A DNA stretch of 46,308 nucleotides, filler included, from Hypanus sabinus (taxonomy: Eukaryota), in the NCBI RefSeq assembly GCF_030144855.1. It is 2 parts of 2 records of this genome, joined end to end, with 100 filler letters (N's around TTAATTAATTAA, not from the genome) between each part and the next. Parts side by side here need not be neighbours in the genome. Positions count along the whole stretch, not along the records: positions 1 to 28,481 come from NW_026780679.1; 1 more part is not named here. One strand, given 5' to 3'. Below, piece by piece: positions 10,401-22,132 of this stretch (position 1 is the first letter of the stretch; each line of letters begins with the position of its first letter). The notes beneath the pieces were generated by a model. It ran no database searches. It saw nothing but the letters and a program-made list of their open reading frames with translations, and was not told where the DNA came from. A program made the position numbers and the translations under genes.

Positions 10401-13400
10401 TTGAGATAAGACTCACTGGTCTATAGTTTCCTGGGCTATACCTACTCACTTTCTTGAATAAAGGAACAACATTCACAACACTCCAGTCCTCGGAATCCTC
10501 CCCCGTCCCCATTGATGATGCAAAGATCATCGCCAGATGCTCGGCAATCTCCACCCCTGCCTCCCACAGAAGCCTGGGGTACATTGCAACCGTTCCCGTC
10601 GACCTATCCACCTTGATGCTTTCCAGAAGCTCCAGCACATCCTCTTTCTTAATAGCTTTATACTCAAGCTTTTCAGTCTGCTGGAAGTCATCACGACAAT
10701 CTCCAAGATCATTTTTCCACAGTGAATACTGAAGTAAAGTATTCATTAAGTCCCTCTTTTATTTCCTTCGGTTCCATCCACACTTTCCAACTGTCACACT
10801 TGATAGGTCCTCTTCTTTCACGTCTTATCCTCTTCCTTTTCGCATACCTGTAGAATGCCTTGGGGTTTTCCTTAATTCTGCCCTCCATGGCCTTCTCATG
10901 GCCCCTTCTGGCTCTCCTAATTTCCTTCTTAAACTCCTTCCTAGTAGCCTTATATCCTTCTACATCTCTCACATTACCTAGCTCTCTCAACCTTTTGTAA
11001 TTTTTCCTTTTCTTCTTGACTACATTAATTACAGCCTTTGTACCCAACGGTTCCTGCACCCGACCATAACTTCCCACTCATTGGAACGTAACTATACATA
11101 ACTCCACACAAATATCCCCAGAATATTTGCCACATTTCTTCCGTACTGTTCCCTGAGAACATCTGTTTCCAATTTAAGCCTCCGTGTTCCTGCCTGAGAG
11201 CCTCAGAATTCCCCTTACTCCAATTAAACACTTTTCCAACTTGTCTGTTCCTATCTCACTCCAATGCTGTTGGAAAGGAGATCGAATTATGATCACTATC
11301 TCCAAAATGTTCTCCCACTGACAGATCTGACACCTGACCAGGTTCATTTCCCACGGACCAGGTTCAGTTCATTGCCGATCCAGCAAATAATATAATAAAA
11401 ACACTCCTTTTTTAAAAATGTGCATCTTTGGTTACGCTCCGGAGAAGCCTTTGATGTCGATCGCCCAACCACTTCATGGGGAGAGCCGCATGCTCTCACT
11501 AACTGGGACTTTAAAGCCCTGGTTAAGGAAACTTTCTTCAACACATTTAACAAACGGCTTCCGATCTCGACCTTCTACACAACGGAGTCCCAGTCAATAG
11601 TTCGAAAGTTAAAATCACCTAATATTACAACCTTATCTTTCTTGTAACGGGATGCTATGTCACCAGAAATTTACTCCGTTTACTTTCTATACCATAATCC
11701 GGTTAACGTGGTTATATTTTCTTGTTTCTCAGTTCTACCCATGATCAATCACCGGCCGATCTACCCAGTCTGCAATGAGCAGTGCCGAGACATTTTCCAA
11801 AACTGGAAATGCCAGATATCCCACCACCACTTCATCCTCTCGCTCTTTCCCGGCGACAAAAGCGGAACCCCGGATCACAGCTGCCAGCCCTACCCATTCT
11901 TCAACCAACGACTCCTGAAGGGTGAAGTCCGTCCCCGGGTGCTGTCTGTACAGCGGTGTTAACCAATCAGAATCGGTGACGTAGTTAGTGCAGCACCCTC
12001 AGCCGCGTCATAACGTTTGACACGTTATCATAACGCCAGAGATTCTGCGCATGCTGGGAATCCAAAGGGGAGATCAGCACGCCTGGCAGCATCCATGGAA
12101 ATGAACGCCACGGGCCGTGACGCTTCCCCGGGACCGGGAAGGAAATTAGAAGAAGCCAAAAGTAAAAGTTAAGGGGAGGAGGAAGAGGTTTGACAGGAAA
12201 TGAATCGGTAGATGCCAGGTGGTTGAGAAATGTCAGGGTCAGGTGATGAAGGAATCTGATATGGGAGGTGAGTGAACGAAAGGGGAAAGGAAAGGAGGAC
12301 CGTCACGGGGTAGGGGGTGATAGCCAGGTGAGAAGAGGTAAGAGATCACAGTGGGGAATGGAAGAAGGGGGGAGCTTGAGAGATTTCTTTCAAACGGAAG
12401 GAGAAATTGATACTCACGTTATCAGGTTCGATTTGCCCAGATGGAATATAAGGTGCTACTGCCCACCCTCTAACATCGCGGTCTAATCAGGTGTCACTTA
12501 CTTCGTAATCTATCTCTGTCTCTATCCGAGACACGGGCATGTGCGGAGATGGTGAAGGAATCGGTGATGGCAATCGTTATTCGCTTTAATTCGGCTCGGT
12601 ATTTGTCGAAGATTTCGTGGACGGAACGCCTGTTGTTCTGCTTGCCGCCAGCAGGAGGTCGCTGTTTGGAGAGAAAAGGAAAGGATTGTTTTTCCCCAGT
12701 TGGTGTGTGGATTGCCGTTTCGAAAAGTTGCCTCCTGGGCATGCGCAGTTCCTTCGACCGCTTCCCGATGATGATTAGTTGTTTAGGTTTGGACAAGCTC
12801 TCGTATTTGACCATGTTTCGGAGGAGTTTCGTTTAGTATCGTGGGGAGTTTGAAGCTCTATTCGTTTTTAACACTTTTACTTAACTTGCAGGGATTAAAT
12901 CAGCACGGTATTCTGAATGGACGTCATTGCAGTTGCTGTCTTTGGGGATCGTTGCTTCGACTGGCCCCTGATGTTGTCTAAGTAGTCATCAATCCCTGCG
13001 TGATTTCCTAAGGGGGTATTTCGAGCGGGGCGATAGGGGCGGGTGCGTCTTGCTAATCTCTCTTTACTCATTCGCTCTGAATCCTTGTCTGAGCAAGGTC
13101 CTCTTGTATCCTTAGTGTTTTCAGTCCTTCAAGATTCTGAAGTGAACCTGAGCTCCGTTTTGCTTGGCTAGTTGATTTTTTTTAATACATCTTTGCTTCA
13201 GTTTTGAATTGCCGAAGTCCCTGTCATTCCTGCACCCGAGTGTCACTGACGATTACGTATTTTCTTCTATTTCATTTCATTTAGAGATACAGCGCGGCAG
13301 ATATTCGAACTGAGAGGTGAAGCCAGAGCTCCTGGGTGGGGTGGGGATGGCGGGGGGAGCCAGACGTAGTCACGTGGAGAAAGTACCATCTCCTGACAGC

Positions 13401-14758
13401 GAGCGCCAGAGTTCAGTTCGTAACTCCGGGATAGATAAATGCCCCTCAGGCTGATGCACAGTAACGGTCTCATAGGCGCATGCGCCAAACGCCGTCAAGT
13501 GGGAATAGTGTAAATGGACATCTTGTTCGGCGAGGATCATATGGGCGGCGAAATTTCTTCCCGTGTGAGCTTCAGTGCATGAACCAGATTCAATCTGATC
13601 CCAAAGGTCAATTGGGCAAATTTCAAAGTGTCTATCGATGCACCTCGATCGTAAACGCTTCCATATCTCGCCCAGGCTTTCCGCTCCGGAGACACACCAC
13701 CCTCCGTGCAAGAAAATCGTTCCTTAAAACATTCCTCACTCTCATCTAAAGTTGATGAGAGCCGGGAACTGACATTTATTCACACTGTGGAAGCATCTCT
13801 GACTCACGACTCCATCAGCGCCTCTCATAATCATATAAATGTACATCACGGCCAATGAAAGCTTTGAACTCGGGCACACTCCGAGTTATAACCGCGACGC
13901 GCTACATGCGATTCCAACTGCTTCGTAAAGGTCGTGCTTGGGAAGGTGTTAGCGTCCATTATTAAGGACGAGGTTTCGGGGTACTTGGAGACTTTCAATA
14001 AAATAAGAAATTCTTTTTTTGTGAAGGAAAATCTTGCGTGACTAAGAGTCCTTCGAGGAAGTAACAAACAGGGTGGACAAAGGAAAGACAGTGGATGTCT
14101 TTCACTTGGATTTTCAGAATGGATTTGATAAGGCGCCACAAATGAGGCCGCTAAACATGATAAAATCCGATGGCGTTACAGGTCAGATACTGGCCTGGAG
14201 GGAGGAATGGCTGATAGGCAGCAGGTAGGGAGTGGGAATAAAAGGGGCCTTTTCTGGTTGGTTGCCGGTGACTAGTGATGTCCGTCAGGGGTCAGTGATG
14301 GGACCGCTACTTTTCACAATGTTTGTCAATTATTTGGATAATTGAATTGATGACTTTGTCTCGAAAAGTGAAGATGATCCGAAGATACGCTGAGGGGCAG
14401 TTAGTGCTGAGGAGACAATTCGTTTACAAAAGGATCTAGACAACTTGGAAGAATGGCCAGAAAACTGGCAGATGGAGTACAGCGTTGGGAAATGTATGAT
14501 AATGCATTTTGGTAAAAGGAACAATAGTGAGGACTATTGAGGACTATTATCTAAACGGGGAGAATGTTCAAACATCAGAGCTGCAGACTGTGTTAAATAA
14601 GGCAAAAGCAAGGTCCGTGCCGGCTGTATCGTGTTCATTCCTATTGGAGCGAAGTGCGACTATTATCCTCCGGCGCAAAAGCACATTAAATGCTGTTAGC
14701 CAGGCTAACCAGAGGGGGGCGCCATCCTCGCCGTGACCGGAAGAAACGCCCCATCATT

Positions 14759-14768
14759 TGATTGACAG
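14759..14768 (+). promoter_or_regulatory. PBX-MEIS/PREP decamer 3' of the V2 RSS (variant TGATTGACAT at 6493 and 21128)
   Basis: Exact TGATTGACAG. Confidence 0.6.
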
Positions 14769-14847
14769 CCTCTGTCGTCACGCTTCTCAGTGCGGAGGCG
14801 GCCTGCCCTCTTTTTATTGACAGCCCCGCCTCTCGGGCAACGTTGGA

Positions 14848-14886
14848 GGTTTTTGTTCGGCCTCACCATCTGTTCGGGCGGCTGTG
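14848..14886 (-). other. 23-RSS of V2
   Basis: CACAGCC + 23 bp + ACAAAAACC. Confidence 0.97.
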
Positions 14887-15454
14887 TAGACTCCAGGCGC
14901 AGAAATAACGAGCCGAGTGATCGGCAGTCAAACTTTTAGAAATCAGATTGAACTGGTTGTTCTTCCTCTGGGCCGTTAACCCGTCCGCTGTTTCCTTCGG
15001 TTCAGCATGCTCGTTGCCCATCGAGTAGATCAAGAGCTGAGGGCCACTCCCCGGGTACTGTCTGTACCAGTACATGTAATGAGTATTACCACCTCCATCC
15101 GCCGTGCAATGCAACTCCATTCCGCTGCCGGGCATAGCGGAGAGTGCGGGTGGAGTCTGCCTGACGGTCACCGAGTTCCCACCTGTGGACAGAGAGCGGA
15201 AAACCGGTGAGGAATAAGAGACGTGTTGACCGAGTGGGGAGCCGCGACTGGCGGAACGAGACGAACATGTAACGAGGCAGGGAGACTGTCAGTTATCGGC
15301 TGGGTGGGGGAACCTGGGAAGAGAAATAATCGAGAATGGAGTATCTGATGAATGTGGAAGCGAGTGAGGGGAGAAATTAGATAGTGAACGAAATGAACTA
15401 ACAGCCAATCCAGGACATGATCCACAGGAACAGAAACATTTTTTTCCGGTTCAT
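14887..15454 (-). CDS. TRBV: TCR beta V gene segment V2, intact (leader 15454-15403, V exon 15182-14887)
   Basis: Leader MNRKKMFLFLWIMSWIG, same splice sites as V1. V exon ...LHCTADGGGNTHYMYWYRQYPGSGPQLLIYSMGNEHAEPKETADGLTAQRKNNQFNLISKSLTADHSARYFCAWSL is open. Confidence 0.93.
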
Positions 15455-15527
15455 TCTCTCCGATATTGACGGGGAAGAGGTGGTAACGGGGAGGTAGGAT
15501 GAGGCAGATTCGCTCTTTGCCCGTGGA

Positions 15528-15561
15528 TGTGACATTATAGATTGGAGATAAGCCACGCCCC
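15528..15561 (-). promoter_or_regulatory. V2 promoter: CRE-type decamer-like site plus GC box
   Basis: TGTGACATTA (15528-15537) and GCCACGCCCC (15552-15561), about 90 and 115 bp upstream of the conserved ATG (15439); equivalent spacing in V4, V5, V7. Confidence 0.6.
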
Positions 15562-15667
15562 TTCTGCTGATATAACCAATCCGAATCAATGTGACGGTCA
15601 ATGTAATTCGATCCGAGGCACTATATTTACACTATTGAAGTTCATGTTAACAGCCGTAGTGATAGCT

Positions 15668-15704
<37 letters not shown>

Positions 15705-18700
15705 CACTCTCTCTCTCGATGTCACTCTCTCTCTCCCTCTTTCTCTCTTTAACTTCCCTTCTCNNNNNNNNNNNNNNNNNNNNNNNNNNNNNNNNNNNNN
15801 NNNNNNNNNNNNNNNNNNNNNNNNNNNNNNNNNNNNNNNNNNNNNNNNNNNNNNNNNNNNNNNNNNNNNNNNNNNNNNNNNNNNNNNNNNNNNNNNNNNN
15901 NNNNNNNNNNNNNNNNNNNNNNNNNNNNNCGGGGCTCTGCAGTTCTCCGAAGAACAATTGTTTTCCTACAACCGTCTGGCTCCGGAACCAGGCGGATGTC
16001 TTCACTCGCCTCCACCGTAACCTCCAAGCTGCGCGGGTGAGCGGCCGGGCTGTAACTGAAATACCCCCGGCGCATATCGCCTTCGTCGGCGCGCAGCTGG
16101 AAATGCATTTTATGAGAATGTCTTGTTAAAGCGCAGCGCGGTTTTCCGGGCCGTGTTCTACAAATCCTGTTCGGAGCAATGGCTGGTCCACGCAGCTGAC
16201 ATAAAATGAAGGGACCGTTTCTCACCTCAACACTAAATTGACTCCACGACCAATGGGCTCACTTTCAAGGACTCTACCAATCAGATCCTTAGGATGATTT
16301 ATTCATCTCTGTTATTTACATGATTCATCTTCGCTTCTACCTTGGTTGCCTTCAGTCTTTGTTTATGTGTGGTGTTCCATTAATTTTATTGTATTTCCAA
16401 TTGTCCTGTAGATTAATGATTTAGTAGAATGGATTAAAACTAATGTCAGCAAATTTGCAGATGACACGAGGCTGGGTGGCAGCGTGAAATATGAGGATGT
16501 TGGGAGAATGCAGGGTGATCTGGACAGGTTGTGTGAGTGGGCAGATGCATGGCAGATGCAGTTTAATGTATATAAATGTGAGGTTATCCACTTTCCTGGC
16601 AAAACATGAAGTCAGATTACTACCTGAATGGGGTCGTTCGGAAAAGACGAAGAACAACAAGATCTCGGTGTTCTTGTTCATCAGTCACTAAAAGTAACCA
16701 TGCTGGAATACTGGGTTTGCACTGGTCAAACCCCACCCAGGGTACGGTCTCCTCTCGTTACTACAATGGAGTGCTGGCACTAACCTGCTTGGTCACCCTC
16801 TCAACACCTGTTACCGCCGTCCAGCAACCCAGGATCCGGCTCATTTCATGCATTCTCTGCCCACTTAGTTCATCTCCCCAAGGCCCAGCATCTCTCGCTT
16901 ATCCCTCTGAAACTCTGCAATTTCCCCTCAACCATTCCAGAACATGGCATAAAGACTCCGCAGGTGGGGCGGCATCTGCGGGAAGCGGCCCGGTCAATGC
17001 TCCCGGACTGCGTTATTCCAGCAGGAGGCCGAGATGAGTGATTATATCATTCACCTCCCAGACATCGCAACGTCTACGGCAAAAGACAACGTTTCCGCAC
17101 GGCGGCATTACATAAGAACATAAATACATAGGAAATTGGAACATGGGTAGGCCATCCGGCCCATCGAACCAGCCCCGCCATTCAATAAGATTATGGCTGA
17201 ATGCCTTGGGGTTTTCCTTAATTCTGCCCTCCTTGGCCTTCTCATGGCCCCTTCTGGCTCTCCTAATTTCCTTCTTAAACTCCTTCCTAGTAGCCTTATA
17301 ACCTTCTACATCTCTCACATTACCTAGCTCTCTCAACCTTTTGTAATTTTTCCTTTTCTTCTTGACTACATTAATTACAGCCTTTGTACCCAACGGTTCC
17401 TGCACCCGACCATAACTTCCCTCTCATTGGAACGTAACTATACAGTACTCCACACAAATATCCCCATATCTCTTCCGTACTGTTCCCTGAGAACATCTGT
17501 TTCCAATTTAAGCCTCCGAGTTCCTGCCTGATAGCCTCAGAATTCCCCTTACTCCAATTAAACACTTTTCCAACTTGTCTGTTCCTATCTCACTCCAATG
17601 CTGTTGGAAAGGAGATCGAATTATGATCACTATCTCCAAAATGTTCTCCCACTGACAGATCTGACACCTGACCAGGTTCATTTCCCAAGGACCAGGTTCA
17701 GTTCATTGCCGATCCAGCAAATAATATAATAAAAACACTCCTTTTTTAAAAATGTGCATGTTTCGTTACGCTCCGGGGAAGCCTTTGATGTCGATCGCCC
17801 CACCACTTCATGGGGAGAGCCGCATGCTCTCTCTAACTGGGACTTTAAAGCCCTGGTTAAGGAAACTTTCTTCAACACATTTAACAAACGGCTTCCGATC
17901 TCGACCTTCTACAGAACGGAGTCCCAGTCAATAGTTCGAAAGTTACAATCACCTAATATTACAACCTTATCTTTCTTGTAACGGGATGCTATGTCACCAG
18001 AAATTTACTCCGTTTACTGTTGGACTTTCTATACCATAATCCGGTTAACGTGGTTATATTTTCTTGTTTCTCGGTTCTACCCATGATGAATCACCGGCCG
18101 ATCTACCCAGTCTGCAATGTCTGAGCAGTGCCGAGACATTTTCCAAAACTGGAAATGCCAGACATCCCACCACCACTTCATCCTCTCGCACTATCCCGGC
18201 GACAAAAGCGGAACCCCGGATCACAGCTGCCAGCCCTACCCATTCTTAAACCAACGACTCCTGAAGGGTGAGGTCCGTCCCCAGGTGCTGTCTGTACAGC
18301 GGTGCTAACCAATCAGAATCGGTGACGTAGTTCGTGCAGCACCCTCAGCCGCGTCATAACGTTTGACACGTTATCATAACGCCAGAGATTCTGCGCATGC
18401 TGGAAATCCAAAGGAACGCATTCGCAATGCTGGGGGAGATCAGCACTCCTGGCAGCATCCATGGAAATGACCGCCACGGGCCTTGACGCTTCCCCGGGAC
18501 CGGGAAGGAAATTAGAAGAACTCAAAAGAAAAAGTTAAGGGGAGGAGGAAGAGGTTTGACAAGAAATGAATCGGTAGATGCCAGGTGGTTGAGAAATGTC
18601 AGGGACAGGTGATGAAGGAATCTGATATGGGAGGTGAGTGAACGAAAGGGGAAAGGAAAGGAGGACCGTCACTTGGGGTAGGGGGTGATAGCCGGGTGAG

Positions 18701-21216
18701 AAGAGGTAAGAGAATGGAGAATGGAATGGAAGAAGAGGGGAGCTTGAGAGATTTTTTCCAAACGGAAGGAGAAATTGATACTCACGTTATCAGGTTCGAT
18801 TTGCCCAGATGGGATATAAGGTGCTACTGCCCACCCTCTAACATCGCGGTCTAATCTGGTGTCACTTACTTCGTAATCGATCTCTGTCTCTATCCGAGAC
18901 ACGGGCATGTGCGGAGATGGTGAAGGAATCGGTGATGGCATTCGTTATTCGCTTTAATTCGGCTTGGTATTTGTCGAAGATATCGTGGACGGAACGCCTG
19001 TTGTTCTGCTTGCTACCAGCAGGAGGTCGCTGTTTGGAGAGAAAAGGAAAGGATTGTTTTTCCCCAGTTGGTGTGTGGATTGCCATTTCGAAATGTAACC
19101 TCCTGGGCATGCGCAGTTCCTTCGGCCGCGTCCCGATGATGATTAGTTGTTTATGTTTGGACAAGCTCTGGGATTTGACCATGTGTCGGAGGAGTTTCGT
19201 TCAGTATCGTGGGGAGTTTGAAGCTCTATTCGTATTTAACACTTTTACTTAACTTGCAGGGATTAAATCAGCACGGTATTCTGAATGGACGTCATTGCAG
19301 TTGCTGTCTTTGGGGATCGTTGCTTCGACTGGCCACTGATGTTGTCTAAGTAGTCATCAATCCCTGCGTGATTTCCTAAGGGGGTATTTCGAGCGGGGCG
19401 ATAGGGGCGGGTGCGTCTTGCTAATCTCTCTTTACTCGTTCGCTCCGAATCCTTGACTGACCAAGTTCCTCTTGTATCCTTAGTGTTTTCAGTCCTTCAA
19501 GATTCTGAAGTGAACCTGAGCTCTGTTTTGCTTGGCTAGTTGATTTTTTTGATACATCTTTGCTTCAGTTTTGAATTGCCGAAGTCCCTGTCATTCCTGC
19601 ACCCGAGTGTCACTGACGATTACGTGTTTCCTTCTATTTCATTTCATTTAGAGATACAGCGCGGCAGATATTCGAACTGAGAGGTGAAGCCAGAGCTCCT
19701 GGGTGGGGTGGGGATGGGGGTGGGGAGTCAGACGTAGTCACGTGGATAAAGTACCATCTCCTGACAGCGAGAACCAGAGTTCAGTTCGTAACTCCGGGAT
19801 AGATAAATGCCCCTCAGGCTGATGCACAGTAACGGTCTCATAGGCGCATGCGCCGAAGGCCGTCAAGTGGGAACAGTGTAAATGGACATCTTGTTTGGCG
19901 AGGATCAGATGGGCGGCGAAGTTTCTTCACGTGTGAGCTTCCGTGCATGAACCAGATTCAAGCTGATCCCAAAGGTTAATTGGGCAAATTTCAAAGTGTC
20001 TATCGATGCACCTCGATCGGAACCGCATCCATATCTCGCCCAGGCTTTCCGCTCCGGAGACACACCACCCTCCGTGCAAGAAAATCGTTCCTTAAAACAT
20101 TCCTCACTCTCATCTAAAGCGGATGAGAGCCGGGGCATGACATTTATTCACACAGTGGAAGCATCTTTGACTCACGACTCCATCAGCGCCTCTCATAATC
20201 ATATAAATGTACATCACGGCCAATGAAAGCTTTGAACTCGGGCACACTCCGGAGTTATAACCGCGACGCGCTACCTGCTATTACAACTGCTTTGTAAAGG
20301 TCGTGCTTGGGAAGGTGTTAGCGTCCATTATTAAGGATGAGGTTTCGTGGTACTTGGAGTCTTTCAATAAAATAAGAACTACTTTTTTTGTGAAGGAAAA
20401 TCTTGCGTGACTAAGAGTCCTTCGAGGAAGTAACAAACAGGGTGGACAAAGGAAAGACAGTGGATGTCATTTAGTTGGATTTTCACACTGGATTTGATAA
20501 GGCGCCACAAATGAGGACGGGAAACATGATAAAATCCGATGGCGTTACAGGTCAGATACTGGCCTGGAGGGAGGAATGGCTGACAGGCTGGAGGTAGGGA
20601 GTGGGAATAAAAGGGGCCTTTTCTGGTTGGTTGCCGGTGATTAGTGATGTCCGTCAGGGGTCAGTATTGGGACCGCTACTTTTCACAATGTTTGTCAATT
20701 ATTTGAATAATTGAATTGATGACTTTGTCTCGAAGAGTGAAGATGATCCGAAGATAAGCTGAGGGGCAGGTAGTGCTGAGGAGACATTTCGTTTACAGCA
20801 GGATCTAGACAACTTGGAAGAATGGCCAGTAAACTGTCAGATGGAATACAGCGTTGGGAAATGTATGATAATGCATTTTGGTTAAAGGAACAATAGTGAG
20901 GACTATTGAGGACTATTATCTAAACGGGGAGAATGTTCAAACATCAGAGCTGCAGACTGTGTTAAATAAGGCAAAAGCATGGTCCGTGCCGGCTGTATCG
21001 TGTTCATTCCTATTGGAGCGAAGTGCGCCTATTATCCCCCGGTGCAAAAGCACATTAAATGCTGTAAACCAGGCTAACCAGAGGGGGGCGCCATCCCCGC
21101 CGTGATCGGAAGAACCGCCCCATCATTTGATTGACATCCTCTGTCGTCACGCTTCTCAGTGCGGAGGCTGCCTGCCCTGTTTTTATTGACAGCCCCGCCC
21201 CTCTGGCAACGTTGGA

Positions 21217-21255
21217 GGTTTTTGTTCGGCTTCACCATCTGTTCGGGCGGCTGTG
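21217..21255 (-). other. 23-RSS of V3
   Basis: CACAGCC + 23 bp + ACAAAAACC. Confidence 0.97.
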
Positions 21256-21823
21256 TAGACTCCAGGCGCAGAAATAACGAGCCGAGTGATTCGCAGTCAA
21301 ACTTTTAGAAATCAGGTTGAACTGGTTGTTCTTCCTCTGGGCCGTTAACCCGTCCGCTGTTTCCTTCGGGTCCAGATGCCTTTCAATTGAGGAATAAAAC
21401 AGGTTCTGAGGGCCACTCCCCGGATACTGTCTGTACCAGTACATGGTATCAGTATTACCCCCTCCTTCCGCCGTGCACTGTAACTCCATTCCGCTGCCGG
21501 GCATGGCGGAGAGTGCGGGTGGAGTCTGCCTGACGGTCACCGAGTTCCCACCTGTGGACAGAGAGCGGAAAACCGGTGAGGAATTAGAGACGTGTTGACC
21601 GAGTGGGGAGACGCGACTGGCGGAAAGAGACGAACGTGTAACGAGGCAGGGAGACTGTCAGTTATCGGCTGGGTGGGGGAGCCTGGGAAGAGAAATAATC
21701 GAGAAGAGAGAATCTGATGAATGTGGAAGCGTGAGAGGGGAGAAATTAGATAGTGATCGAAATGAACTAACAGCCAAACCAGGACACGATCCACAGGAAC
21801 AGAAACATCTTTTCCCGGTTCAT
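21256..21823 (-). CDS. TRBV: TCR beta V gene segment V3, intact, same protein as V1 (leader 21823-21772, V exon 21551-21256)
   Basis: Copy of V1 at offset 14,635; translations identical. Confidence 0.9.
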
Positions 21824-22089
21824 TCTCTCCAATGTTGACGGGGAAGAGGTGGTAAAGGGGAGGTAGGATGAGGCAGATTCGCACTTTACCCGTGGATGTG
21901 AAATTATATATCGTTGATAAGCCACGACCCTTCCCCTGATATAACCAATCCGAATCAATGTGACGGTCAATGTAATTCGGTCCGAGGCTCTATATCTACT
22001 ATATCTGCACTATTGAAGTTCATGTTAACAGCCGTAGTGATAGCGCTCCCTCTCTCTCGCTCTCTCTCTCTCTCGCTCTCTCTCTCTCG

Positions 22090-22132
<43 letters not shown>

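Larger units (their letters stand above)
5000..13846. repeat. Segmental duplicate, copy 1 (copy 2 at about 19635-28481)
   Basis: Constant offset 14,635 across the ORF track; only two differences noticed by eye (6345/20980, 6408/21043). Confidence 0.92.
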
